Assembly (NCBI RefSeq): GCF_006345805.1
Contig: NC_042998.1
Coordinates: 23,374,001 to 23,438,000, forward strand
Reading direction: 5' to 3'
Source: Octopus sinensis
Lineage: Eukaryota
Length of the DNA: 64,000 bases
In this document: in pieces, positions 38,246 through 50,799 of the stretch
How positions within the stretch are numbered: the stretch's first letter is position 1
How the letters are laid out: each line of letters begins with the position of its first letter
Notes under the pieces: model-generated
What the model was told of the DNA's origin: nothing
The model's database searches: none
Seen by the model: the letters and a program-made list of their open reading frames with translations, nothing else
Made by a program: the position numbers and the translations under genes

Positions 38246-38708
38246 TTCCGCCTTGGAGGGATTCCCCAGCTTCTTTAGGAATCACCAACAGAGGTAAAAC
38301 CCCCGAAAGTCCGACTAATGAAGAACATAATAATGAATTTATCCATACATATATATCCGCATTTGTCATATGTTCGTCAGTCTCCCAGAAGGAAGCTGAT
38401 GATGTTGGGTCATTACCACCTGTAACAGATTTCCTTCCGTTGCATTGATTGCCAACTCCATCCAATTCGCACGGTGACACTTCGCCAATTTGTCCTCTTT
38501 CGCCAACTTTACTGTTACCAATAGAGTTTCCATGTGACAGAGTGGGACGCTTTGAGGAATGCTGTTGATGATGGCTGATACCACCGTTTTTCGAAGAATA
38601 TATTTTGGCACGATGTATTTCTCCAAAGACAGTCGTGTGTAATAACAGAATGAAGACTAATAAAATCCTTCGTTTATTACTATTAATCCCACATAGCATT
38701 GTCTTCAT
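38246..38708 (-). CDS. SLC39A13: First coding exon of an SLC39A13/ZIP13-like (LIV-1 subfamily) zinc transporter; partial gene
   Basis: ATG at 38708 gives 154 codons plus 1 nt, ending at a canonical donor (GGA A|GTAAGT). The N-terminus is signal-peptide-like (RRILLVFILLLHTTVFG). The C-terminal WINSLLCSSLVGLSGVLPLLVIP matches human ZIP13 TM1 as recalled (WICSLLGSLMVGLSGVFPLLVIP). The phase-1 intron falls 10 codons after LVIP, as recalled for the human gene. Confidence 0.85.
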
Positions 38709-38815
38709 TTTGGTCACTTCTTTGCAAATGAAGCTACACAAGTCCGTATCTTCAACATAGACGTGTTTAAATATACAAACTTCGGTTTGGTGCTAAGTGG
38801 GTGTGCGCGAGATTT
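38709..38815 (-). other. Probable 5' UTR portion of the ZIP13 first coding exon
   Basis: Pyrimidine-rich tract and ttctcAG acceptor (minus strand) ending at 38816. Boundary inferred; no transcript evidence. Confidence 0.4.
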
Positions 38816-39596
38816 CTGAGAATCGGTCAATCACAGTGAGTGATCGGCAGTAGAAAAATAGAATTGGTCGACGAAAGGAGTTATGAATCGGAAAAGTAGA
38901 TGACAACATGAGAAAACAATGTGTTTGTATATGTTTCAGTGAAATTATTAATATGTGTGTGTGTGGGTGTATGTATTTTAGTATGTTTATTCTGTTAAAA
39001 TGCGTGTTTTGGTATCTGTGGAAATTACCTCAGGTGGTAAAACAAGTTGAATAAAACGAAATGCTAAGTAAAATACACACACGTGTATGTATGTATATAT
39101 ATGAGATATATATACACACACACACACGCACAAAGTGAAACGTGTCTCAGGCTCACATATATATATACATTGGCTTTGAAGTAGGTAATGTCGTTTAGCT
39201 GGAAAGGTGTTCAAATTTAGGATCGAGTGTCATTAATCTTGCGAATGCCTTCGGATGTATGTATACACACTCACACGTATACATATATACACGCATCGAA
39301 TATCGCATCTATAGTAATTTGTTCGGTTGAAATTGACTCAGCATCAAGTGAATTTAGTAAATGTCATTCGAAGCTGGAAGGAGGGTGGGCATTCAACCAA
39401 CCAACCAACTACACTAGCTCGATGTTATGTGTATACGCCTACATATTCCAACGTATAAAATATATATTATATATATATACATACAAATATATAGTCATGC
39501 ACTCGTTTTAAGCGTAGGTTCGTCTTCATTGGAACAATCTTCAGTTATTTATTCATTCACACTCTGACCGACTCCACACATGCTTGTTACACTCAC

Positions 39597-39900
39597 CGAG
39601 GTGCACGGCAGATAAATACCCATTCGTCGTTACAGCAGTAGTTCACGTTGATTCACAAACAACCGAATCGACGACCTTTAGCATGAACTCAGTGTTGCAG
39701 TCGTAGTTGCAATCTGTTTGTTTACTTGTGTTGTTTTCTTCTATATGCATGCGAGTGCGTGTGTGTGTGTGAGTGTGTGTGTGTGTGTGAAAGTACATTG
39801 ACAAAAGCCTCTTCGAAAGACGTAGACAGAAAAAAACTTCGAGAGATCCAACAACGGCAGCCAACATCAACAGTTGTGTGAAATACAAATGAACAGAGAG
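39597..39900 (-). other. Candidate non-coding first exon and CpG-rich promoter-proximal region of the ZIP13 gene
   Basis: Strong donor TCG|GTGAGT at 39597/39596 on the minus strand, in CpG-rich unique sequence. The human orthologue also has a non-coding first exon (recalled). The 5' boundary is unknown. Confidence 0.4.
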
Positions 39901-40811
39901 AAGAACCTAGTCGTACAGATGATTCTTATACACTAAATGCTACTACTTCGGTAATGGTAGGAAGCAGGCAAAAAGTAAAACGAAGAAAAGAAAAATCACA
40001 AAAATAAATAAATAATCTCTTCTTTACTCATTCCTTCCTAACCGGCTTCTCACGCTATCAGCAATTCTCGGCTAATATTCGTGTTATTTCTTTTTCTATA
40101 TTACGTAGTCTTCGCCAGTCTCTCTTCTAATCTGGTTCTAATTTCATTCGGCAAACTATCTTCTAGCCTCTCTCCTACACTTGTTTTACCATGTTGACTG
40201 TTTCACTACTTTTTCTACATCAGGGTGTTCAGTGCTGGTTATGCCTACTTTGCAAAAAGTTGGTACAGCTTCGCACTGCTGCTACTAACTCTTGCTATTA
40301 CATATATATCACTTCATTGACATAAATTTCACTTTACATTTGCGTAAAAAAAAGTACTAACATAATAATAATAATAATTATAAGTTTTTCGTAAAAATGA
40401 AATATTTCGATGTGTGGGTGGCGGTGTTATATATTTCCTTTTAATTTCTTCTCGAAATCTTTTAATTGAATTATTTCCTGTGAGAAACGACATGTTTAGT
40501 TTAGGAAATTACGGAATATCAAAAGTGGAATATTTATTTTCTAATATGTCTATCTTATTTTGCTTTATCTTAAGTGTTTTCGAAATCCTATGAAAACGTA
40601 AAACTTCAATCAACACAAACTTGAGAAAATGGGCAACTAATTAATTACTACATTAATACTGACAACTTTTAAACATCGATTATTGTTTTTACGGACAAAC
40701 TTAACTTTTTTTAAAATGTACATTTTGATGTTTATTCATGTCTTGTCGCAGCAGACCACAAACCTACCCAATTCTTGTGTATTTCTATATAGCAATATCG
40801 TGGAGGGTTTC

Positions 40812-40910
40812 GGCGGAGGTAAAGAATACGTACACCACCCGTTTTCGGCGTAACAAAAACCCTAACCCCTAAACCGTAACCACCGGGTATACATATTCTT
40901 TACTTTCGCC
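40812..40910. mobile_element. Short GGCG-terminated inverted-repeat element with CCCTAA-like core
   Basis: ggcggaggtaaagaatacgtacacc ... gggtatacatattctttactttcgcc; a homologous right half lies at ~55905-55992. Confidence 0.55.
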
Positions 40911-42164
40911 GTGAGTTTATGATTTCCTCAAGAACTTTCTTTTTCAGTACTTTCAAATTTTGTTTCCAAATTGGTGCCGAATAAAGTTGCATATCGTTTA
41001 AGAAACAAAATAAGTCGAATTAAAAAGAAATAAATTGTAACACAATAAATAAATTACATCAACCAGCCTGTCCCACATCTCTCTCTCTCTCAGACAGACA
41101 CATTACACGTATCGATATGAAAATGTGTAACTTTTTAAAGGATCATTGGCTTACCAATGAAGGCTCTTTTCCTATGCCGAAGCAAGACATCACGTCCCAC
41201 CCCGAATCTATTAATTACAGCCGGAAATCGTGATCTTTCAGCTGGGTCACAGAAGAGCTTCACGGAAGATCTTGTCTTCTTTATACAATGTTAGTGTGGA
41301 TGTCTGGACCCAAGTCAACCCGATCGAACAAACATGTGACCAACAGCGTTTTCAGTCTTTTATTTTTTATATCTATGACATTTCCAAAGTACCATTCGAT
41401 ATGTTTATTTTATTTTAAATGGTAGGATGTGATTTAAGGGCGATATGGTTATGATTTCTAGCAGGTCGAGCAACCACGTAAAGGTTCCTGGAGGGGCTTG
41501 TTTAGTGTGGTATTTAGAGTATGTCATTTTGACGAAGCACATCCCTGTCATTTTGTGTGTCTATATTTACTTTCTCATCAGGTCAACAAGTAATTTTATC
41601 GTCTGCTATTAAGCTAACATTCAAAGTATAGCGATTGCTAGAAATAGAAGCCAAATCTTTCCCAAACCACAATGTTTCATCTTTAACAGAATAAAAGGCA
41701 TATTGCAAAGTATAGACTCTCGTATTAAAAGAGACGAGATGGTACTTAGATCATAGGTACACTTAACGGGGTCTGATCTCACGTTAGATGGGTACAATAG
41801 ATGTACATATGGTAGGGTCTCACAAATGTAAAATTTCGATTAACCGAAATCATCCATGCAATTTGTAGACGAACAATCTCGCTGGGAATGATTAAAATCT
41901 AAAAACGATAATCAAGGAAGATAACTCTAATAATATCAATCAATCAAAACTTTTAGAAAATAACGAAGATCCAGATGGACGAAAAAATTCAAGAAGCGCA
42001 TATACTTCGATCTTAATTAAATCTCAACGAAGCATATTCAGCTTAACTTCATGTAGAAATGATGAATATATCAATAAATAGCGGGAAGCTGATTGTTACT
42101 AATAACAATAGGGCTGTGGAAACGAACTGGGTACTAGACATTCGATATGCAGAATACTTGCTGG

Positions 42165-42194
<30 letters not shown>

Positions 42195-42195
<1 letters not shown>

Positions 42196-42642
42196 GATTT
42201 GCTTGTCAGTTGTTTGACCATAACCAGTTGAGCATGTCCCTTAGGAGCTGATGATATGTGCATCTCTGATCACGAGCAGAAGTAGTGGGGGAGCATCATA
42301 GCCATGTGTTGAGAGGGATTCTTTGGGGTTTGAATAATTCACCTCTGGAAACATGGGTGGTTCTTTCAACATCCTTAAACAACCCTTATTCAGGGACCTT
42401 TTGAGCAGGATGGGCTACTCAACCTGAAGAAATTTCTAACTGAGCCCCACCTGCAAGGTCATGCGCTGTTTATCTTGATATGAGATCACCATGTCGCGCA
42501 CATATGGTTGTGATGCATGTGTCTGGTGTACCCTTATCAGACGGGTAGTCATGATGGGTATATTGGGCTTCGTATATTTTACCCCAGTGTCACTTTGATG
42601 GCATGCACTGCTCTCTCACTCAATAATAATAATAATAATAAT
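42195..42642 (+). repeat. Unclassified ~450-bp GC-richer interspersed repeat between (AAT)n runs
   Basis: Abrupt compositional change bounded by (AAT)n on both sides. Retroposon-like ending; family not identified. Confidence 0.45.
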
Positions 42643-43942
42643 GAAATTATTGTATACAGTGCTCAGGTGCACCGAGGGTATTTTCCCTCGGTCCTACTGT
42701 ACGACCTGTTTTAACACTTGACCAGGGAGGTGTGTCTGTAGTGGCAATGTATCGTCTTAAGAAACCTGCACAGACTCAAGTTTGTGAGAAAGAGTGAGAA
42801 GTGGAGAAGTAAAATAGTTTTATATTAACAATGGATATTAGGAAAGGTACGAAGCAGAGCCGTCTTTAGCAGCATTATAGGCCTCTCGGGTAACTGAATG
42901 CACTAGGGCCTATAGTATTTATTTATTCACAGTAAAGCACAGCATACTTAGATCAGAACTGGGCTCCAGCATACCCATGCCTTTAAGACATCATTTTGGT
43001 ATGAAGATCCCAACTTACCAGCCCGTTTGTTTTGTACGAAAGCTACAAACTGAAACCAAAAGAACAAGTGATTGCTGTTAGTTTTTGATAACGCACCTCA
43101 GCCCTGATTGAGCAGAATTAGGACGAAAGCGATTCCAGCTGTGACTATCTTGCATTTTGAACATACCGGACATAATTCAATACGTCCTTTTCTTTAAATC
43201 GCAGGTTGTGATTTGAGAAAATTTGGCTGCTATTTCTAGCAGGTTGAGCAAACGCACGAACACTCCCAGGCTATCACTCAGTTTGAATTTTTCTATAACA
43301 GTTTCTGTTTTTTGAAAACCAATAAAATGATGATTTTCTTCGTAATAATTTTCGTATGTAGGTGAGCTATAAACCTTGGTTTGTTGTTATTGAGCTTCGT
43401 CACCTATAATCGACCAGGCCTATATTTTCTGCTGTGATTGGCTTATGTCCCTCTCCACCTTAATCCAGAGTGTTAGTACGATCCTCAAAAAAGTTTAGTG
43501 TAACCATACACATCTAAATCTCGTTTACACTGGCTTGAATATATAAATGTGTGTGTGTGTGTGTGAGAAAAAGAGTGAAATAGGTAGAGTCTTTTTGACT
43601 TCTATTTCTAGCATGTTGGTACTTTTTTCCAGTACCGTTCAGTACGATTATATATTTTTATATATAATTATAAATCTATATTGATTTTTACCTCTATGGT
43701 TTTTAATTGCATACTGACCACTGATATTATTTTATAATAATAATTTAATCCTTTTATATATATGTATATATATATATATATTTGTATGTATATTCAGTCT
43801 TCTATAATGAAGCCATAAACACACATAAAACATTAAAGGTTGTATTTTTTCCCCTCTGAAGGTATTATACTCAGGTCATATGAATTTAATATTTACTGAT
43901 TATTAATTTGCTGTTAATAATAAATAATTATTGACTTCCCAT

Positions 43943-44323
43943 GAGTGGCTGTGTGGTAAGTAGCTTGCTTACCAACCACATGGTTCCGGGTTCAGTCCCA
44001 CTGTGTGGCATCTTGGGCAAGTGTCTTCTGCTATAGCCTCGGGCCGACCAATGCCTTGTGAGTGGATTTGGTAGGCGGAAACTGAAAGAAGCCCGTCGTA
44101 TATATGTATATGTATATATGTGTGTCTGTGTTTGTCCACGTAGCATTGCTTGACAATCGATGCTGGTGTGTTTATGTCCCCGTCACTTAGCGGTTCAGCA
44201 AAAGAGACCGATAGAATAAGTACTGGGCTTACAAAGAATAAGTCCCGGGGTTGAGTTGCTCGATTAAAGGCGGTGCTCCAGCAAGGCCGCAGTCAAATGA
44301 CTGAAACAAGTAAAAGAGTTCGC

Positions 44324-44382
<59 letters not shown>

Positions 44383-44407
44383 CATACATATATATGTACA
44401 TACATAC

Positions 44408-44458
<51 letters not shown>

Positions 44459-44690
44459 CACACATATATATACATATAGGTGCAAGAGTGGCTGTGTGGT
44501 AAGAAGTTTACTTTCCCAACCACATGGTTCCAGGTTCAGTCCCACTGCAGAGCACATTGGGCAAGTATCTTCTGCTACAGCCTCAGGCTGATCAAAACCT
44601 TGTGAGTGGAGTTGGTAGACAGAAACTGGATGGGATCGACAGAACAAGTATTAGGCTTACAAATAATAAGTCCTGAAACAAGTAAAAGAA
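43943..44690 (+). mobile_element. Two tandem family B SINEs separated by a TA/CA microsatellite
   Basis: Copies at 43943-44318 and 44478-44690 (the second is internally deleted). Confidence 0.85.
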
Positions 44691-45286
44691 TAGACTAGTA
44701 ATTAGACTATGATCAGTCTGATATTTATGGGTTTTTTTTTGGGCTTTTGTATATGTACATACACTTATATATTTATACATACATATTAAATGACAAGGAA
44801 ACACAAAGGTTATGTTATGAACTTCATTAGCTTACAGCTGTTTCTGCCATATAATGCAGTGCACTCAGAGCTCATTGTTTGTGCATCACCTTATCGTTTC
44901 TTCAGAGCTTGTCATTTATTTAATTTCATATTTTGTTCTGTACTCAACTGACGCTTTATTCTAAGTTTCAACACCAGGTTATTAGTATTAGGCTGGAGTT
45001 CTGATCTGAATGCTAACCGCAGATTGGTCTCCACTAAAGATGCACAAGAACCTGGTGGTGGTGGTGCTAAACCAAGAGATGACTTAAGTCTAATATCGAT
45101 TAAGGGAGAATCCTTCTGACAAAGTTTCCAAATTTCAATCGTAAGGACACAGTCAACCTGAAGCTTTCATAGAAGATACTTGAGACTGAACCAAAAAAAG
45201 AGAAAAAAAAACTTAGTTGCAAGGTGAAGTTCTTTATCACATAGCCATGCATGTAGAAGTGTGAATACCTTGGAACAACAAAACAT

Positions 45287-45510
45287 CATCATCATCATCA
45301 TCATCATCACCACCAACATCATTTTCATTTAACATCAATTTTCCATGCTGGCATGGGTTAGATGATTTGACAAGGAGCTGTCAAGCTGGAGAGCTACACC
45401 AAGCCCCATTGTCTGTTATGGTATATGTTTTCTACAGCTGGATGCCCTTCCTAATTCCAACCACTTTAAAGAGTTTACAGAGAGCTTTGTACGTGGCACC
45501 AGTATGGGAG
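45287..45510 (-). mobile_element. Family D 3' fragment
   Basis: (CAT)n...ccatgctggcatgggtt...ggatgcccttcctaa. Confidence 0.75.
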
Positions 45511-45597
45511 CCTTTTATGCATTTCCAGCACAAATTAAACAAAACTGGTAAAATGCTGACAGTAAACAATCTGAGATAGGGAATGTTGATTATAACT

Positions 45598-45812
45598 ATT
45601 TCTTTACTACCCACAAGAGGCTAAACGTAGAGAGGACAAACAAAGGGATTAAGTCGATTACATCGACCCCAGTGTGAAACTGGTACTTAATTTATCGACC
45701 CCGAAAGCATGAAAGGCAAAGTTGACCTCGGCGGAATTTGAACTCAGAACGTAGTGGCAGACGAAATACCGCTAAGCATTTCCTCCAGCATGCTAACGAC
45801 TCTGCCAGCTCA
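45598..45812 (-). mobile_element. Family C SINE monomer (long tail)
   Basis: Reverse complement of family C. Confidence 0.85.
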
Positions 45813-45954
45813 GATTATACCAAGTCCTTATATTCATTGGCCAATCAAGTAAAACTCTTATCAGATGATGCGGAGATTATTTACACCATTAGATGGCACA
45901 CTGTCCAAAACAATAGCATTGGATGGTTAACTTGCTGACAAATCATTGATGTCA

Positions 45955-46145
45955 TTATCAACATTTAATATCCATTTTCCATGCTGGCATGGGTTGGAAG
46001 GTTTGATAGGAGCTGGCACCAAGCTCCACTTGTGTTTTGAAAGGTTTCTATGGTTGGAAGCCTTTCCTAATGCCAACCCCACTTTACAGAGGGTACTGGA
46101 TGCTTTTTACGTGGCACCAGCACAGGTGCTTTTTATGTTGTGCCA
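45955..46145 (-). mobile_element. Family D 3' fragment
   Basis: ccatgctggcatgggttgga...cctttcctaatgccaac. Confidence 0.7.
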
Positions 46146-46635
46146 GTACAGGGTGTCTTGATACAAAATTTGGGATAGAGTATTGTTGTTCTTTTGACCC
46201 AAGTTAACTTTGACCAAGTTGATCTAGAATTGAAGCATTCCAGCCATGACAACTCCATTGTATTTTCAGACAATGTATTAAACACAACATTACCCAGTGT
46301 ATCCTTTTTTAAGAGGATAAGAAGTGGTTGGAAGGTGGGGAATTTTGCTGCCATTTCTAACCAACTGGTTACCATACCTGTTCTTTACCTTAATGTAGGT
46401 GGCTGAACATTCCCCAAGAATCAGCATGACACAGTGTGACAATATGAGACCGTCCAATAGGCTTTAACAGTTTCCATCAACTAAATTTCATTTCTATTGC
46501 TACAGCATGACTGATTAATGAAGAAGTTTACAATCAATAAGTCACAAGGTCCCCCCCACCCAACAATGCTCAGCATTTTGGACAAGCAGCTTGTACCATA
46601 CATAGCCTTGGATCATACCAAATTTTGTGCATGTG

Positions 46636-46666
<31 letters not shown>

Positions 46667-47189
46667 TGTGTGTGTGTTTCCACTTATATGGATTTGGTGT
46701 AAGTACATTTAGAGCTTCTCTGATAAATGTTGCATTTTGGAAATCTGCAATGTTTGCAATCTCTATGGAATATGTATAAAAACAAAACAAATAAATGGAA
46801 AAAAAATCTGTTTAGTTTAAGACAGATGCTGGTACATTATTTTAAGGCCAGCGAGTGTCACAGAAATGTCAATGAATATTGATTTTCTAACGAGTCTGTT
46901 TATACATGTGATTTTTTTTTTTTTTATGACTGTGATATTGTATGTGAATATGTGTTAGTATGCATGACTTTTAATTTATTTAGCACCATTATCTTCAGTA
47001 TCATCATCATCATCATCATTATTGTTATTATCCTCATGATCATCAGCAATTACAACAATTACAGTGTCATCGTTGTCATTTTCTTCATCACCCATTATCC
47101 CAATCAATGAAAATGTACAACATGCGACAGCATGATCCATCTTCTATGAAGGGTGACCAGGTTTGACTCTCTACCCACTAAAGTATCAC

Positions 47190-47402
47190 CTATTTCTTTA
47201 CTACCCACAAGGGGCTAAACATAGAGGGGACAAACAAGGACAGACATAGGTATTAAGTCGATTACATTAACTGGTACTTAATTTATCGACCCCGAAAGAA
47301 TGAAAGGCAAAGTCGACCTCGGCGGAATTTGAAATCAGAACGTAACAGCAGACGAAATACCGCTAAGCATTTCGCCCGGCGTGCTAACGATTCTGCCAGC
47401 TC
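47190..47402 (-). mobile_element. Family C SINE monomer (long tail)
   Basis: Reverse complement of family C; CpG-rich, so probably young. Confidence 0.85.
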
Positions 47403-47899
47403 ACCTTCATTTCCACCACCTTATAAGTGACAGAAGAGTTTGGTTATCACACAAATCTCCTGCTAATCTTTTCTGCCACATCACATGTCAAATTGGCTGG
47501 CTGAGATCATCAGCATTCTATCAATTCTGATGCCTTCAGTGTTTTGTTGTCTCCAAGAGTTTCCATATCACAGTGATACTCTCACACAGATTAAATAGTA
47601 CTTTTATAAACGGAGCTAATGTTGCTGTTTTGCCTTAATTGATTTTTTACAATGAGAATCCAATAAAATTCTTATCAGAGCCATCTACATCAATTTGACC
47701 AATCCCAGAAAAGCAAGCAGATAATCTGTTTATATAATCAACAATTACAATAGCTACAGATAATTAGAGCTACTAATTTACATACTGTAAGTGTTAACAC
47801 TTTATTTTAAATATCAACGGGGATCTCAGTCCACACAGGATCAAGGTATGGTATGATATATGTAACCTGTACAGTACCATTATAAGCAGGGTTAATTTA

Positions 47900-48670
47900 A
47901 CTGTTTCTGGTTCCGGGTTCAGTCCTACTGTATGGTACCTTGGGCCAGTGTTCTCTACTACAGCCTCTGGCTGACCAAAGCCTTGTGAGTGGATTTGGTA
48001 GTCGGAAACTGAAAGAAGCTTGTCATATATATATACATATACGTGGAGGCGCAATGGCCCAGTGGTTAGGGCAGTGGACTTGCGGTCATAGGATCAAGAT
48101 TTTGATTCCCAGATCAGGCGTTGTGAGTGTTTATTGAGCGAAAACACCCAAAGCTCCACGAGTCTCTGGCAGGGGATGGTGGTGATCCCTGCTGTACTCT
48201 TTCACCACAACTTTCTCTCACTCTTACTTCCTGTTTCTGTTGTACCTGTATTTCAAAGGGCCGGCCTTGTCACTCTCTGTGTCACGCTGAATATCCCCGA
48301 GAACTACGTTAAGGGTACATGTGTCTGTGGAGTGCTCAGCCACTTACACGTTAATTTCACGAGCAGGCTGTTCCGTTGATTCAGATCAACCGGAACCCTC
48401 GTCGTCATAACCGACGGAGTGCTTCCAATCCAAAATACATATACGTATATGTGTGTGTGTGTGTGTAATTTTGTGTCTGTGTTTGTCCCCCCAACATCGC
48501 TTGACAACCAATGCTGGTGTGTTTACATCCTCGTGACTTAGCAGTTCAGCAAAAGAGACCGATAGAATAAGTATTAGGCTTAGAAAGAATAAGTCCTGGG
48601 GTCGATTTGCTTGACTAAAGGTGGTGCTCCAGCATGGCTGCAGTCAAATGACTGAAACAAGTAAAAGAAT
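47900..48670 (+). mobile_element. Family B SINE interrupted by a family A SINE (48045-48430)
   Basis: The family A copy sits in the TA linker of B, with TSD atacatatacgt on both sides. Confidence 0.88.
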
Positions 48671-48777
48671 AAAAGAAAAAAATAAACCTTAATCAGTTTT
48701 CGAATCTTATTGGATTCCCATCAGAGGCATCTGCATTTCAGCCTTCCTAAAACAACTCTCATCCACACACCTTAGAC

Positions 48778-48996
48778 CAGTGGTTTTCAACCAGAGTTCC
48801 GCGGAACCTTAGGGTTCCACCAGTACAGTCCAGGGGTTCCGCAAGAAGTTACAAAACTGCTAAAATCGGCAGTAACTTTTAATTCTCCTGTGCAGATATG
48901 TGTGCATAAGACAATTAAATTATTGCACAGGGGTTCCTCGAGCCAGTGGAATGTTTCCTTGGGGTTCCGCTTCATCAAAAAGTTTGAAAAGCACTG
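48778..48996 (+). mobile_element. hAT-type MITE
   Basis: CAGTG...CACTG ends; 8-bp TSD CCTTAGAC/CCTAAGAC; a second copy lies at 58560. Confidence 0.85.
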
Positions 48997-49590
48997 CCTA
49001 AGACACTTCATACCAACATGAACTATCTTTATGATGAAGGACATTGAACAGAAATATCACAAAAAGGTGTGCTGGCAATCTAGTCACACTGACTGCAGTA
49101 AGGCACAGTCATTACGGGTATCATGGGAAAATGCAACATAGAAACGGAACCTTCAAAATATTTACAAATGCTATGCATCACAGTTCTTGATGATCTTCTA
49201 TAGTGACCATACATATGACTTACAACATTGTCAAAGGTGAATCCCAGCTGTCTTAAAATTTTATTTGGCAAGAGGTGAGATGTGTGAATGAGTTGGCTGT
49301 TCTCAATAGTCTGCAAAGAGTTTAGGCACCAAAAGTGGCTTATTACAGGGCACAAGAAGAAAATTCAAGAAGGTTTGACACTGATTAGTTACTTAACCCT
49401 CTCGATACCAATCCGGCTGAAACTGACTTTGGCTCTCTAGTACAAATGTCTTGTTTTCATAAGTTTTGAATTAAAATTTTCCACCAAACCTTAGTCATAA
49501 TTTATATTCCTAACACTAACTTAATGATAACTAAGTTATTTTATTAAATTCTTCGTTATATTTAAAGTAATTGAAAGAAACACAGAGCAT

Positions 49591-49915
49591 CATCATCATC
49601 GTTTAGCATCCGTTTTCCATGCTAGTATGGGTTGGACGGTTCAACTGGGGTCTGGGAAGCCAGAAGACTGTGCCAGGCCCAGTCTGATCTGGCAGTGTTT
49701 CTACAGCTGGATGCCCTTCCTAACGCCAACCACTCCGTGAGTGTAGTGGGTGTTTTTTACGTGCCACCTGCACAGGTGCCAGACGAGGCTGGCAACGACC
49801 ACAATCGGATGGTGCTTTTTACGTGCCACCGGCACGGAGGCCAGTCGGGGCGGTACTGGCAACGGCCACGTTCGGATGGTTTTCTTACGTGCCACCGGCA
49901 CTGGTATCACAGCTA
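49591..49915 (-). mobile_element. Family D element
   Basis: Reverse complement of the family D tail and subrepeats. Confidence 0.85.
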
Positions 49916-50799
49916 CAATTTCCATAGGGTTAATAGACCAATCACATGAAACTACTGTGATTCAGCTGTGAAGCATAACTGGAACTGGTTACTAAGTATT
50001 TTGGTTAAGAATCCCTGCTACAAAATAAATCTGGCTTTTATTCACCCATTATGAGATTAACAGTTTTTCAATGCTAATTGTTCTGGTTGATAAGACGCTA
50101 GAAAAACAATGGTGTATAAGGCCTATTAGTCCTAATGGAGAACCTTATTGATAAATGCGACAAATTTAAAGCAACACAGGATATTGTTTCAGCTTAATAT
50201 TAATATTCATTCGAATCTGAGTGATTTGAAGAGTTGAGTCAAGCCCCTGTTTATGGTTAGTCTGAGAATTTAAAGGAGTCACCATCTGTACCTTTTCTAA
50301 CAAAATTCACAGCAACCGGTTTTCACCTATCATTGCTGTATGGCTTTGATTGAAATACAAGCATGGTATATTAGCTTCCTGGTGGGTTTTTGACAGACTA
50401 GAAATAGCCCCCAAGTCTCCTTTAAATTATACACCATGTCTTGAAGTAAAGGAAAACATATTGGATAATGTTGTCTTGGGTACACAGTTTTTGAGTTAGA
50501 TATGGTTGGAATACATTTCATTATAGGTCTGGTGAATTAATCGCTAAGCAGTTAACTCATGATCTGAAATCATATAAAAATTCTGTTGAACTTAGTGGTG
50601 TGCAACCAGCTGAAGCACTCACGGTTGAATTGATGTTTTTACGCTCTTTTTCTTTATTTTTCTTTACTCATGTTTATGGTTTTTTTTTCGGTTTTGGATT
50701 TATATTTTTAATGTGGTTTTGCATTATATATATGTATCACATACATACGTGTGATATATGTAATTATTAAATCATCTAAATTTTTTATTAATAAAATGT

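Noticed and set aside
45810-45938. KLLSDDAEIIY resembling an RT 'FADD' motif
   Set aside because: A single weak motif with no flanking RT motifs.
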